A stretch of DNA of 64,000 nucleotides. Source: Hydrolagus colliei. Its lineage: Eukaryota. A program made the position numbers and the translations under genes. The DNA is taken from assembly GCA_035084275.1 (NCBI GenBank), contig CM068756.1, forward strand, positions 6,572,001 through 6,636,000. The letters run 5' to 3'. The notes below the pieces were generated by a model, which was given only the letters and a program-made list of their open reading frames with translations, was not told where the DNA came from and searched no databases. Below, one piece after another: positions 12,601-26,365 of the stretch (within the stretch, counting starts at the first letter, position 1; the number at the start of each line of letters is the position of its first letter).

Positions 12601-14133
12601 TTTATTTAAGCTGAGCTTGACAGAAAAGGGATGAATCCAATATTATTACGTTAGCATGAAGAGTATGTGCTTTTGATTAGTTACATATTCAGTGAAATAA
12701 ACCTCCAGATGGGTTTCTAAAACACCAAGCCTTCACAGTAGTGTAAATATATGATAAATGTTGTGCTGCTTTCCTGCTGTCTGCTTTACAATAAACTCAA
12801 TAATATCTCACTTTGGGTAACATTTTGGAAATCAAATGGACTGTTTATGCAATTTAACAATCATAATATGCAACTGGACCAAAAACAGCAACAAATGTAA
12901 AATAAATTGCACATCAAGAACCAAATTAAAACCAAGCTGCACAAATGAGTGTAGTTGCTCATGTCACTCTGTACTGTGGGATGGACACAGTGAGCTGGTA
13001 GGATTAGCATAGCAGTGATTTAGAGATAGGTGATAGATAGGAGCTCATCTCTGAGGAGACTGGATGAACCGCATACGCAGTATAGCTAATCTTTGAAAAA
13101 TGTTTAGTATACTTATACAGCAGGTGTAATCTTTAAGGTTGTGGAGAAGTCGAAGGCGTGGCCTTTATTGGTTGTAAGAAGTGCTTCTAAATATCTGAAA
13201 AGTAATTTTCAATACACTTTCATTTGATGATCTTGCAATAATGACAGGTCCTTTGCTGCCCTTACTCCTGATATATCTAATCCTTTCCAGCACTTTTGAT
13301 TAATTTTGCTGAAATATTGCATGATCCCATCTGGTGGACTCACATTCAAATAATATCAATAGTTTTCTTTATCCTTTCTCCAATAAAGATTTATCTCAAC
13401 ATTGGCGTGTGTTAATAAACAAACGAAAAGTTAATTAAACCACAGACATTTGTTTTGTACAGGGCTAAATGAATGCTTTAACCTTCAGATGTGTATTTTG
13501 GAAACATGGAGATCTGAGCTGTAGGTAAATGGAATCCGATATAGTAGAAGATCAGTCAATGATAACAAGTGTCATTGACACCAAGTAATGAAAAACACAA
13601 AATCATTAATAATGTTTCTGTCCCAGTTGATGCTGAGGGTTGATGGTTTACAATGCTGAACATGATTGGTATAAATACAGACATACGGTGAAATATGGAC
13701 ATAACATAAATTTAACTAAACTGCTAAGGTGATTGTAAAGCAATTTCATGAGTTTGTCTTATTGTGCATACCAAGTGTATCCACCTAAGTTAGAGTAGAT
13801 CAGAAGCTTAAAATTAATTAAAACTATGTGCAAACACATCAAATATAATTAGCCTTTGCGCTCCCATGAGAAAGTGCTAGTAACATTAAACTTGCTCTTA
13901 TTACAACATAATGAGATGTTGCAGTTGAGATGTTCCACTGAAGTGAAATAGACGAGAGGAAAGTTACAAGCTAGTAACAACATCTAAATAGCTTCAGCTA
14001 ACATCACAAATGACAAATCGTAAAACTGATTCTCGAGTAATGACATTATTATCTGAATCCTGAAACTGTATTGTTGCATTTAGTTGCCTGCCTGATTTTT
14101 TTTTGTTTTTAGCATTTTATTCTCAGTTAGTCA

Positions 14134-14350
14134 TTGGAAGATTTACTAGGAATCAGCCCCAGTGAAGCTTTCAAAACAACAACAAAGTGTGTTCAGATCT
14201 ATAATGCTTTCTCAACATACACCCACGTTCTTCAGGACTGTGTTGAAATCTTTACAACAATCACTGCACTTCTCATTGTGCCACAGGAAGAGATCAAATG
14301 GGCTAAAGGAATTTCTTCATTTGTATCTCTTGGGATTGGATGTGACATTA
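14134..14350 (+). pseudogene. possible relic of an ISL2EU/Harbinger-type (DDE_Tnp_4) transposase
   Basis: ORF 14134-14460 carries DCVEIF and AKGISSFVS, resembling the IDCTEIF...GAISFVS motifs, but the spacing is collapsed. Confidence 0.3.
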
Positions 14351-14528
14351 CAACAACAGAAGAAAGAATCAAAGCTATGCACCATTATGTTATAAACTCT
14401 AATACAAAGCATGGATTTCAAAGTTTAAAATTGACCAGGTTTACACTCATTATACCCTAAAATGTGCTAGAGCCGGACTGTAACATGCTGTATTTAACTT
14501 ATGTACAGAGTTGTTATGTTCAGTTTTC

Positions 14529-14720
14529 ATAGAATCATAGAATCTTACGGCACAAAAGGAGGCCGTTCAGCCCATCTAGTCTGTGCCGGCTCTTTGAAAA
14601 GAGCAACTCAATCCCACTGCCCAGCTCTCTCCCCATAACCTAACAGACCTGTCCTTCCTAAATAAAAGATCTGATTCTCTTTTAAAAGCTGTTATCAAAA
14701 TTTTGTTTCCTCATTGGTAA
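14529..14720 (-). mobile_element. CR1 LINE 3' end
   Basis: CATAGAATCATAGAATC terminal repeat followed by GGAGGCCGTTCAGCCCATC..CTCTCCCCATAACC. Confidence 0.85.
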
Positions 14721-15317
14721 GTTTTTCTTTATCTGTTGATGGAAATGTTTGGAACTGTATATGTTTTGCAGTTGATCTGATTTTAAATAAAATAGTGGCT
14801 ATCTTGCTGAGTACCAATAGGAAGGATGATTCAAAAATTGCTAGAAGAAAACACACAGACAATGTGTTGTGAATTTAAAAATGATTTTTCATCTCCATAA
14901 TCAACATCTGTCTGACAGATTAAACGTTCAGGTAGTGGTTTTATGGTATTAATGAATATGACAAAATTACACCCAGTAAGCCATTTAATTATTTATCTAG
15001 ATGATCATAATGTACAAATGGGAATGAAATTATGTAGCTAAAAGCTATTACCGATTAATCATTCTTCAGATCAATTAGTGCGAGTAGCCAATCTGTAAAA
15101 CACAGCCTGCAAGACACAGCCTGAGACACACAACATATAACACATATAATACAATATTGTACTGTATATATGTACAATACATATGCAATACATAACCTGT
15201 AATACATTGCATTACTCCCAATGTGCCAATCATTTTAATCTCTGAACCTCATAAAGGTATTGGTCCATTTTATAGTTTACTTTCCAATTTATGTAATTTG
15301 CATATCCAGAAATTGTC

Positions 15318-15381
15318 ACAACAACAAACTTACACTTGTACAGTTGCCTTTCATGTCAGGAGGACGTCTCAAAGCGCTGAA
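15318..15381 (-). mobile_element. L2 3' tail only
   Basis: ACAACAACAAACTTACACTTG..CCTTTCATGTCAGGAGGACGTCTCAAAGCGCTGAA. Confidence 0.8.
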
Positions 15382-16152
15382 ATGTTGCTGAAATGTTACT
15401 AATAGCATTATGATTTTATCTTCCTTGTTATGTGAAGATAAGAATGGTAATGTTTTTAAATCACGTGGACCCATTTTGGCTAATGCCACCTGATAATGCT
15501 GACCTGACTTTTTGTCTACTTCTCGTACACTTTGCCTCATTACACCGGCAAAGTAAAAAGTAATTCCATGCTTCATTGAAAAATTCTTCTCTTTTCTCAT
15601 TATGGTTAAGGGATGTCCAGTGCTGAACGACAGGGTTGGCTGATTGTCCCATTACTGACTCAATTAATTTAGCATCTTTAAGGAAAGAGTTTCACCATCA
15701 GGATCCATTAAACAAAACTAGATAGAATTAGGATTCATGTTCTTTTGTACCTTTAGAGGATTACACATGATTTCCTTAAAATACCTTTGTTTTAAATTGT
15801 GCTCCCATTATATCATCAGGGGGATTTACTTCACAAATCTATGGAACTTCAAACGGTATAGGATCTGCATTAACTTTAATAGATTAACTGAGGATACTTT
15901 CAGGGTTTATGTAATTTTAACCATTCTTGTTAATTCATCTCCTTTACGCTTTCAGGCTCAGTAGCTCTTGCAATGAGTTTCCCTGATAGGAATATCAGTG
16001 CATATCATTGGCACAAAGATTTGAGGAGTGTGGGGAGGAAGGGAAATAAGGCCGCAGTGAAAGTAGAAAAATATTTTGGAAGCTTGTCATAAAAGTTTAA
16101 TATACATTTTTTAATTGATGATGAGAATCCTTCTGGAAGTTTTTTTTAATCG

Positions 16153-16330
16153 CAATCTTTAAATTTGATACTGTGTCTTAACAGATCCAAACATCTCAAA
16201 GTGTTTTGCACAAGTTGTTTACTTTGAAATGCTGCGACTGAAATATAGGCAAATGCAACTGCTATGTTCCACCAGCAGTATTCCTACACAACATAGAGAT
16301 GAACAACTGAAAGATCTTTTTTTTGGTGAA
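16153..16330 (-). mobile_element. old SINE 3' half (Deu-SINE-type tail)
   Basis: ACATCTCAAAGTGTTTTGCAC..GGCAAATGCAACTG..CAGCAGTATTCC, a diverged version of the SINE tail. Confidence 0.55.
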
Positions 16331-17502
16331 TGTGGATAAAGATGGGTGGAGACAGCACAGATGAATAAGGCGTTCAAATGACACAGCCACGGATCACTGC
16401 CACCCTCACATGATTAAACTCATTTTTCTAACCAGTGGTCAATCTGAATCAATGCAAAGAGTGATGAAACAATCGGGACTCACACCATCTGACTCCAATT
16501 CAAACTTTGAACTTAAAATCATTATCTATACTCATCAATACGACTAAGATACCAACTGATTGCTGTCAGAACAATGTAAAGCTATAACCATGACCTATCG
16601 CTTTTCAGTTCTATGACTGATTGCAACATCAAAGCCTTAGGCATGTAATTATCCTAACATTAATAATAATCTTTGCATTTGATACACCATCTATAATTTC
16701 TGAAGGAAGTCAAACCTTCACAGGAATTTACCCTAATGTCAAAGAACTGTGTATTTTGTAGCCAATTGATTGAGTTGTGTTCCAGAATGGAAGATTGTAA
16801 CACATTTGGAATGTTAGTTAAACTGCCAATACAATTCAGTTGGATTTAACACAATTATTGCAAGAAACACAGAAGAAAACAATATCTCAGTTAAATATTT
16901 CTGAGGTGCATCACTTTAGCTTGTCAACCATTTTGTGTGATGTGGACAGCTGAAATGATTTCCTGAAATGCAACTGATTCAAAGGATGTGGCATTAGAAT
17001 AATGAAAAATAATAATGTTTTCATCATTTGGTCCAGTTAAATGAATTTCTATGAAATATTTATAAAAGGAGGAAAAGATTAGTAGCTTCATCCCAGTTAA
17101 TGCCTGCTAACATTGTAAAGAAAAATAAAATATAACCTTCTGATCCAAACATTTTGATGTAATTAATCTTGTCATTTAATACTACAACTAGATAAACTGT
17201 ACACAAAAAGTCCACATAGGCGTGAAAGCTTGATGTCACTTCATTAAACATCCATGTAGCTGAAAGCATTGCTACATTGATGGAAGAACACAGAAGTGCA
17301 ATAATGCACTGTGTCACACTAATTTCACAGTTCCAATTTTCCAACATTCAATTGTATACCTGCAAAATATTTCATGTTTCACTTAAATTTATACAGAATT
17401 TTTTGTTATGTTTCAGATCCTCTGGAACTGTATTTAATTCACTTTAGTCCCAAGGGTTCCTATCCAGGTCCCAGAATTTTTATATCGGTCCAGGACCTGT
17501 AC

Positions 17503-17782
17503 TTTACAAGCAAGAGACCTGGGTTCTATTCCAGGCAAGGCGAAATCTTGGATAAGTTTCCTTACTCCACATGCCTGATAATAATCCCTCAAGAAAACCC
17601 CCCAATAATAAATAGGTCAATTCAATCCACAACTGTTGGTAGGACACTGCTGTATGCAATTGGCTGCTGGGTTTCACCCACAAAATTACAGTCAATTCAC
17701 TTTACAGTAAACTCTGTGAAGCACTTTAAGACATCAGGAAGAAGTGAATGCAAGGATTATTATTATTACTACTACTATTATT
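17503..17782 (+). mobile_element. tRNA-derived SINE (short subfamily), 5' head truncated
   Basis: TTACAAGCAAGAGACCTGGGTTCTATTCCAGGC (B box) through TGCAAGGATTATTATT. Confidence 0.9.
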
Positions 17783-20140
17783 AAAACAGCTATAGTACTT
17801 AGTTCTGCTATGCCCTGACTGAAATAATCTGATGTAGAAAAAAACTCATTTTGACATATGTTTAGAACTTTCCTATGAATATCTCAAACTATTTTAAAGT
17901 GGGAGCATGCCTTTGGAAAAGCCGCTGCCTTGATTTTGTTGATACTCATGAAGACCTACATAATATTTTCCCAAGTGAAAATTCTTCTGTGAACAGGACA
18001 ACCTTTTTGTTCCATTAGAAAAACAAAGGAAAGTCACAGCTACTCTTTGATTTTGTAAACAGCCTCTGCTCATTAAGAATTTAGAAGCTGAGAAGGTCGA
18101 ATGTGCCCTTAAGTTACCCACATTTCTTTAATTTTGCATGACAGATTCATTTCATGCTTTAGCTATTGGAATCACAATCGTGACCCAATTCTGAATGATC
18201 TTGACGTTGTCCTTTTCAGGCTCTGTCTGTCTTTTACGTTAGCTGATGTTTTGCATTGGGAAAAATAACCATCTGAAAAATAATACTTGGGTAACATCCC
18301 TCTCTTTTGTGAAGCTGTGGGATTAACGTGGAACAACATATTGCAAAACAAAATCTTTGTGATTAATATTTTAAAATCTTAGTTTATCGCTCATTTTAGG
18401 ATTTTTTTGGGGACATCCTTTTTTGAATGTTGAATCACCTTGACCAGTGTTTTGTGGCCAGTCTGAGCTTTTGAAGGTAACCTGTGCAATTGTCCCCTCG
18501 AGGAATGTCGGCAAATGAGACCATCAACACACGCTCCAATGCACTTTTTCTTCATTATAATATGCTATGTATGAGCACTGGACAGTGATCTTGCATTATC
18601 CTGGTAAAAAGTGTTTATAGGTGATGGAGTCGTCAATATCCCTGGTGGCTGCATTATCTCTTTTCTATCACCCCTTCATCCATCTAGTTCCACCATATGT
18701 CACTTTTACCACTGACTGGTTAACAATAACATTGCACAGAACTGTAACATGAAACAAAGTATTTGTACAACTTTCTAGATGTATATTATGAATTATTCTC
18801 TGTGAGTTCTCTTTATTCTCTTTATTCTCTAAAGCTAGGAAATATGTTGAAAGCTGAAAAACCTGTATACTGGGACTATTCTTGTATATCCTTCAAAGTG
18901 AATTAAATACTCGGTTTCATTAATGAGAGAGATTTAGAAAACACATTATACAGTATTTTCAAAGAAAACAGTTAACTCCACAACCCTTCTATTAGGTGCA
19001 TCACCCCTTTCTATTAGATGTATCAATTGGCACAAATAACTGCTTGAAGGATGAAGTGTTATTATATAGGAAAAATATTATGGAATGGACACTGGTAGAG
19101 ATACAGAGTACACCATAAATCTGAGTATTTAGGAGCCAAGAGAAGATAGTTGTTCCCTCCAAGGGTGCACTTTGCTGTAGACATTTTCCTGTTAACAGAT
19201 CATAGAATTGTATTTTGCTAGGAAACTGGGTTGAAAAATAGATCTTGCCAGGGATCATTTTTACTGAGGAGCTTCATTCTTCACTAAATCATCAGGTAAA
19301 GAAGAACGTGATAAATGTTACAATGGTTGTGGATAAAATTGCAGCTCTGCAAGATGAATTTCTGCACAACAGAACAGCACACAGAACACTTCTTCTCAAG
19401 TGTTGATCTTTTAAGGGAACCAATCATTGTTAGAGTTAAACAATGATTGGTTATAGCTGAAGTCATTACATAGCATATAACACCCAAGTACACAATAGGC
19501 GTGTTAAAAAATAACTTAGAACTTAACTTAGAAATAACTTAATTCCTTCATTACTCACTTCATTAATTGAAGTGAGTGTACACATGCAAGTGAGTTTGTT
19601 CCTGTAAGTGTCTTTGCTAGACTCACTCCAAATAATTAGGGTGCAAGTGGATTCAAATATTTTGACAAATCCCCCCTTTGCCAATGAAATGATTCACCTT
19701 GAATTCCGACAATCGGATGTCATAGTAATTTTCCAACAAGGACTACCTTATTTTGGCTTTGATTCACAAAGATAAGGTGATGTCTATGTCTCCAAGGTCT
19801 TGGCGTTCAAACTGACAAGCTGGGCAACTATCAATAATACCATGGATAGCTGAGCACCTGCCTGATCTATTTTTAACTGTGTCTCTCCTTGGTGTCAGTT
19901 CAGCCCCCAGGAGATACACTGTAGAATGAATGTACTTCAGTTTCAAATTCTATGAAGATGAATATCAATCCTGCACCACAAACTGCAGTTGGTGCTGTTA
20001 ATTCATTTTGCTTTAGTTTAATATTCGTGCTGCTAGTTTCTGTACCTTATTCTTTACAGCTGCTCAACCTGACACGATGTTCCTACCAGGCGATTTGCTT
20101 CTGAAGCTGCAATGAAAAGTAACTCTACTTATCCTATTTA

Positions 20141-20355
20141 CAGTAAAAGCCTGTTTATCCGGCACCCTCGGCACCTGGCCAATGCCGGTCAAAGTGCCTG
20201 CTGGATATTCGGCCAAAAACACACCCCAAATTTTTTTTTTTTGCAATGTATTTATCCGCATAAATTCCGGTTAATCGAATGTGGACCTTTTTTTTTGCGA
20301 TGTCAGTTATACGGAAGTTACGGTTGATCGGGTGCTGGATAAATGGCTTTCATTG
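20141..20355. mobile_element. Tc1/mariner-superfamily (pogo/Tigger-like) MITE
   Basis: TIRs CAGTAAAAGCCTGTTTATCCGGCACCC and GGGTGCTGGATAAATGGCTTTCATTG; TA immediately 5' of the left end; CAGT start typical of Tigger-type TIRs. Confidence 0.75.
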
Positions 20356-22020
20356 TTCTAGTCTTATTCCTTGAATCTCAAGGATATACTATATATTTTG
20401 TTACTCTTTTTCTATGGACATTTTTTTCAATTATCCACAACACCACAATCAGGTGTTGAAGTATTGTATGTGTTAATAATTGATGGAAACATCCTTTTCA
20501 GTGCACCTTCATTTCGACACTAATGACACACTAATGGGTTGGCAGAGAGGTGGGGGGAGTTGGGAGTGGGTGGCTGGTTTGTGGGAGTTTTTAGGATTGT
20601 ATTATTGTTGCGCATTCAATCCATTAAACAGTAGATGCAAATAGGTGAAATAAAAGCAACAACATCTTATTTCTTGATGATACATTTTACTGGGAGCAGT
20701 ACATAGAAATGAAATAAAATAGTTACATGGTTTCTCAAATAGATTTTGAATAACCTTCTACGATTGTTGCACAATTGCAGTTAGCCCAAGGAGCTTAATA
20801 CACCGGTTTCATACCCACTTGTTATCCCAAGGAAATGTGGTGGAGATCGGTAATGACATTCATTCTTGGGGCACTTACATTACATGCTATTATTAATTGG
20901 GATCAGCACAAGTACATTTAATGGTATTTGTTTAATAGGAACATTTGCAGTATTGCCGTGCCATTCCCATTATTGAAGCTTCTAATGAATCTGCATAATC
21001 GTGATTTAAAGAGGCGACTGCCACATAGATGCTCGCTGGAATCACAACGAATCATTGAACACAATATAATCATTTTCCATGACAACCCATTTTCATCTAT
21101 CATATGCAAAGTAGGTCTGTGATTCTGACCTAATGTTAAATGCACACTCTACAATCAAAAATGGTGTTGAGAGGTTCTTCAACTTCGGAGAGACACCATT
21201 GTGTAGTGGATGGTTCTGACCTCCGCTGTATTTGTTAGGGGCTATACTGATATTGACTATGGTTATGGTGAGTTTCAATTTGGATAATAACTGAGGCCAT
21301 CACTGAAACAGTTGGCGTGGTGTCATATACGAATAAAAGGAAAATTGTATAAGGTAATAATACAAAATATTCAGTGTATATTTGTCTTGACTTAGATTAA
21401 TTAGTAGGTTACCAAATCTGTAAACACCTTATTGCAGTTGTGTTTTGAAACCGAATAGCCTCTCCTCCTGATTAATTTCCAATCTGTTTGTGTGAAGCAG
21501 ATGATACCAGAGTTTGATATTTTTTATTGTAATAGAACTGTAGGAACTACCAACACTTAAAATATTGTACACTCACTCAGATCTGCTTTTACTATGCGGT
21601 TCCATAAAATTGAACCTGGCAAGGCTTTGCAAGCTGCCCTTTTGAAAATAGTCTTCTCCTTCATGAGAAGTGAAATTATGATTGGAAACAAAGGATGTAA
21701 CATATATATAAACATAAACTGTAATTGCAGCTACTTAAGCATTTTAGAAATAGTTTGTGCTATTTCTACAGCAGTCTACGCAGTCAACATTGAAGCAATA
21801 CTCGTAATCAATCTACACTTGTGCATTCCATCTGCAACACATCTGAGTGTTTGCATTTCATCTCCAATATATATTCCCTCTCCATGTGCCTTTTTCTCTC
21901 TCAGATGTGCATTTTGTTAGTTAAGGATCACATTTCCATCACCAGCATGTAATGTATGAAGAATTGGTCCTGCAAACCAATTGGAGTCTGCAGTGTGGCT
22001 GTTTTATGAATCTATCTTTT

Positions 22021-22317
22021 TAATCCTTGAATTTAAAGTAGATTGTAGTTGTACCTTGCACATTACCAATGCTCTCCCGACGTGAAAAGCGCTCTATAAA
22101 TGTAACTTTGTGGCCAAAACGTGGCAGCCAATTGGGCACAACAGTTTCCCACAAACAGTCCTGGATTGAAGTGACCAAATTATTAATGCTTATTTTTGAG
22201 GGATTATTATTAGGTGTGTGGAGCAAAGAAACTGGCCCAGATTTTGTCCTGCCTGCAATCGAACCCATGTCTTTCACTTATAATGTGAGTGCTCTAATTT
22301 CTGAGCTACAGGACTTC
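22021..22317 (-). mobile_element. tRNA-derived SINE (short subfamily) with antiparallel L2 tail at ~22073-22111
   Basis: ends GTGCTCTAATTTCTGAGCTACAGGAC (tRNA head, reverse complement); internal CTCCCGACGTGAAAAGCGCTCTATAAATGTAA is a plus-strand L2 tail. Confidence 0.85.
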
Positions 22318-23492
22318 ACAAGGTCGAGGATGACAAGAAGGCAGAGACGGGGGTGGGGGTGGGTGTGGGATGGTCCAGCAGGGCATGGAGGGATCTATAA
22401 TAATAATCTTACTAGTATTATTAATATTAATAATAATAATACTAGGTGATATCATTCTTCATCTTGGGACCATCAAGCTATTGATCTGAAACAGATCTCA
22501 AACACTTGGTGAAATCTGCTCAGTACACAGATCATGCAAAATAGCTGTTTATATACCCTACAGTGGGAATACTGCATCAATAGAATTGTTGTTTAATCTG
22601 AATGTCATTTAACTTATACCTCAACTTTTCTTGCTGACAACGAGAACAACCTTACATTTTCAAAAGCAATTGCAAAAGCCAAGACATTTTGGCAGATTAA
22701 TTATTGACAGACACTGTGTTTAAGTACTCTGTCTTTAACTTGCACTACTGTATGTTTAAGTGCTGTTTCAATGACACTTAAAAATTGAATAAATCACGTA
22801 AAGAACATCTATCTAGAATTAAGTAGAAAACAGCTGTCATAACAGCAGCATGCAGAGATAAAATGCATCATTGTGACTTAGATAGAAATCTTACCCAGTG
22901 TCTTTTTTAAACATTTAAAATGAGCTATTCTCTGGAAAACACTATAAATATTCAACACATGAAATTGTTTCAAGAGGTTTTTTTTTACAGTTTAGAGGTA
23001 CGGTAGGGTTAGAATGATAGGCACCTATTGATCTTTAGAGTCAACAGGTACATTAATTGGTATGACTATCTGAGAATAACTGAAATCGAGTTAATTTATT
23101 TGTGAGAGGCTGACATAGGTTCCTTTGTGTATAAACAGGTGTGGGCCAAATGACATTAAGTAGAAGGAAATCGTCATGGTTCTAGTACATCTGAGATTTG
23201 TTTTGGTGATGAATACTACAGTGTAAACATGTGTGCCCACTGTACTATAGCACCTCACCACTGTGTCTCAGGGAGATCTAGTTCCACCTGGACTGGTCCT
23301 TTATGATTATCTCATTTGCATTTCAGAGCAAAATAAATTTGGCAAATTTTCAAATTCAGTCTTAAATTTTCAAGTGGGTTCTCTGTAATTCTTTGTTGTT
23401 TTAAAAAATAAAACGTGGAAAAGAGATGCAACAGCCTGAAAGAAAATAAAACACTTAATTATAAAGGTCAAAACTATTTTAGTGTTAACATT

Positions 23493-23811
23493 GTCGACAT
23501 CCTCACTCCTCAATCCACCATCTAGCACCTCTGCTCGACTGGCACCGTCTCCTGCTTGTCGTTTGTCCCTAGCACCCTCCGCCCCACTATTGGAGGTCAC
23601 ACTTTGAGCAACTACGCCCCAAAAGTCTGGAAACCTCTCACTCAATCCCTCGCCTTGCTCCTTTCCCCCTTTTTCAAGTACTGCCTGAAAACCTTCCTTT
23701 TCGACCATGTTTACGGTTGCCTCCCCCATCCCTGGCTTGGAGTCAGGCTCGGCCACTGCTCTGAGACGCTACCTTGCGTGGAGGGCGTTACATACGTGCG
23801 AGTTCTTGTTG
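23493..23811 (+). mobile_element. L2 LINE 3' fragment (second family)
   Basis: encodes TIGGHTLSNYAPKVWKPL..FKYCLKTFLF, like the L2 C-terminal GxRAFSxxAPxLWNxLP..FKxxLKTxLF; ends GGAGGGCGTTACATACG..TTGTTG. Confidence 0.85.
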
Positions 23812-25614
23812 ACATACTTTACACTTCATGAAGGTTAAGATGGTCTGAAACATAACTTTCCAAAAAGATAAGAATAAAACTTAAAATTACAAATGCTGTG
23901 TTCTTATGGGGTTCTTTTTCCTGACAATAGTAGCCTCTCCCTGAGAAATGTAAAGCAGCAGTGAAAGTACTGTATATAGGATACTGGAGAAAACATACAT
24001 ACTAGTTAAATCTGATTGAGACTAATGCACCTCATTAGCTGACAAGTGTTACTGCCACAAGGGGCCCAGGGCATTGATGCATTTAAAATTGGTATTTGGC
24101 AATTCTCAAGGGGAATGCAAATATTGTGCCTGTTTTGTGTTGTACATTCTGTAATGTCCCATTTTCAAAATGACCGGTGGTTGTTAATGCACTGACTATT
24201 TTTCTACTCTCTCTCTCTTCCTTATAAATGATCAGATTTTTCTCTCATTATATCGAGGGAAGTATTTTTTCCCCTTATAATTTACCAGGATTCCAATAAA
24301 TATGGAAACACTGAGAACCTTCAGTCAATATTCGAAACTGTAATCCCTAAATAGTCAATTTTCTTAAGTGCTATTCCAAATGAGATTTTATGATTGTTAT
24401 AGATTTGCTTCCAGTTTCAACCACAAAGATGTCCGAATTTAAGAATGAAATAGAACCAACTAGTAAATTGCTATTTTCCTATAACAGTGATCTCATTTAT
24501 TATTAATACCAACATTAGTTCAGTTCTGTAGGGGGAAAATATCACTGCATGTGTTGTACAGTCCAAAATGAGTAACCTGTCTAAACCACAGACTAAAAAT
24601 AATTCATTAAAATGTCTCATTTTGGATTAAGATATCCATGCTGATAAATGTTCTAAAAAATCCTAAGGTTCTTTGCCATGTTAAATGAATGTTTTTGTTT
24701 CATGCCTTCTGCTTTATATTAACATCCCTGAGAAATGTTCATAAGATCCCACACAGACATATTAACAAATATGTTTTCCATTAGTTATTCCATACAATTA
24801 GTTAGTTCTTATTCCATTTGTTTACCAACTATCAGACGTATTTAGTGATTAGAAGCTACTTTGGGCTTTTGACTACAAGTGTGATCCCTTTACGACTTTT
24901 AACATTCTTCGCTGGACAACCATTGTCTTCTCCACATATCTCTATATATGTAATCCTTGCATTTCATATTGCATACTATCACGTCTATAGTAGCTGATAG
25001 ATTTCTAACTCATCAGGTGCTCACCTGGAAACATGACAACAAATACAACTATTTTGCTTTTTGGTGGTTTAGGATAAACTTACGCTCCTTTGGCTAGATC
25101 CCTAGCTGATGTGCTCGGAGGCAATTTCATCAATTCAGCCTGCCAATGAAAACAGAATCTTAAAATACCTGAACCTAATTAAATGTTAACCATTCTGTGG
25201 GTAGAGAACATGTTTTTAAACTATGTAGATCAGATTTTATGATGAATATTTAAGCACTCCTCAGTGCACTGTATTATTAATTTTCTGCATGCTGCACTAA
25301 GTGGTTTTTGAACAACAATGCATTGAAAATCTATTAACTGAGCATCAGCATACCTTCTGCAATACACCTGGGTCTCAAACTGAACTGAGCTCAATGTTGA
25401 TTATCATTCTCCCTCACTACTGCATTTCTAATTACAAGGAATCAGGCATCGCATTATAAAACATGAAAGCCAATATGATGGAACGGCTTCAATGGCTTTG
25501 ATGAGAGACAAGTAAATTTCTGGATGGAACACTTCATCTTAGCTGAAAGGGTCATGCAGGACAGAGGTACATGAATGCATTTGTTTTGTCAGATCTTCTG
25601 TTACATGTTATAGA

Positions 25615-26000
25615 CCATTTTCGCTTCTCAGTTGAAATCAGGGATGTATGAAGAGGGTTAGTTTCAAGGGTACTCTGCAGTACTTTATCCAAATGATTCT
25701 TCTTCTTGTGAGAGTCTCTACAGAGAGAGCTATCAGGCTGTTGGCTGAGGTTGGGGAGGGAATTAGAGCCATGTCCAATGCTACCCATGTATCCACCATG
25801 TGCATTTTCCCCGAGGAGGGTCACTAGATGGCAGTGAAAAGACAGAACAATGTTTTATTTCTCCCTCTGAAGCCTGGGGTCATAAAGGCAGCTGTAGTGC
25901 AACTACTCATTTCCTGCCTGAGATCAGCATAGTCAGCAGGGATTAAGACCAGATGGACTTTATACATCTGTGTGGTTTAGTACAATATCAGTCTTCATTG
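25615..26000 (-). mobile_element. LF-SINE relic, near full length
   Basis: collinear blocks TTCTTCTTGTGAG, GGGTCACTAGAT, CTGAGATCAGC and TCTGTGTGGTTTAGTAC match the reverse complement of the recalled LFSINE_Vert consensus. Confidence 0.75.
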
Positions 26001-26239
26001 ATTTTTAAGCTTAACAGTCAGTGCATAATCATCAAGAAGCTTTGTTGGTTCAAATAAACTATAGTCGGATGTGTATATATATATTATTTTCCTGTTCCAA
26101 ATTTCATGTGACTTTCCTGATTTGTTCTGGAAGATTTGTCTTGACTCCTGTTGTTGTAAGTGATTGATTATGATGAATAAATCAATAACCGTGTGGCAGA
26201 AGGATTGATTTGGTATTGCATCTAACTCTCCTTAGTTCA

Positions 26240-26365
26240 TAATAATAATAATAATAATAATAATCCTTGCATTTTATATCGCGCTTTTCATGTCTTCTAG
26301 ACATCTCAAAGCGCTTCACAGAATATATTGTAAAGTGAATTGACTGTATATTTGTGGGCAAAATG
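26240..26365 (-). mobile_element. tRNA-derived SINE, 3' fragment with (AAT)n tail
   Basis: (AAT)7-CCTTGCATTT..CACAGAATATATTGTAAAGTGAATTGACTG. Confidence 0.9.

Noticed and set aside
12986-13030. RAG recombination signal (CACAGTG heptamer; others at 40949 and on the minus strand)
   Set aside because: No ACAAAAACC-like nonamer at 12 or 23 bp spacing, and no V/D/J segments
13210-13250. LSFDDLAI as a reverse-transcriptase (F/Y)ADD motif
   Set aside because: Motif imperfect, with no flanking RT motifs in frame
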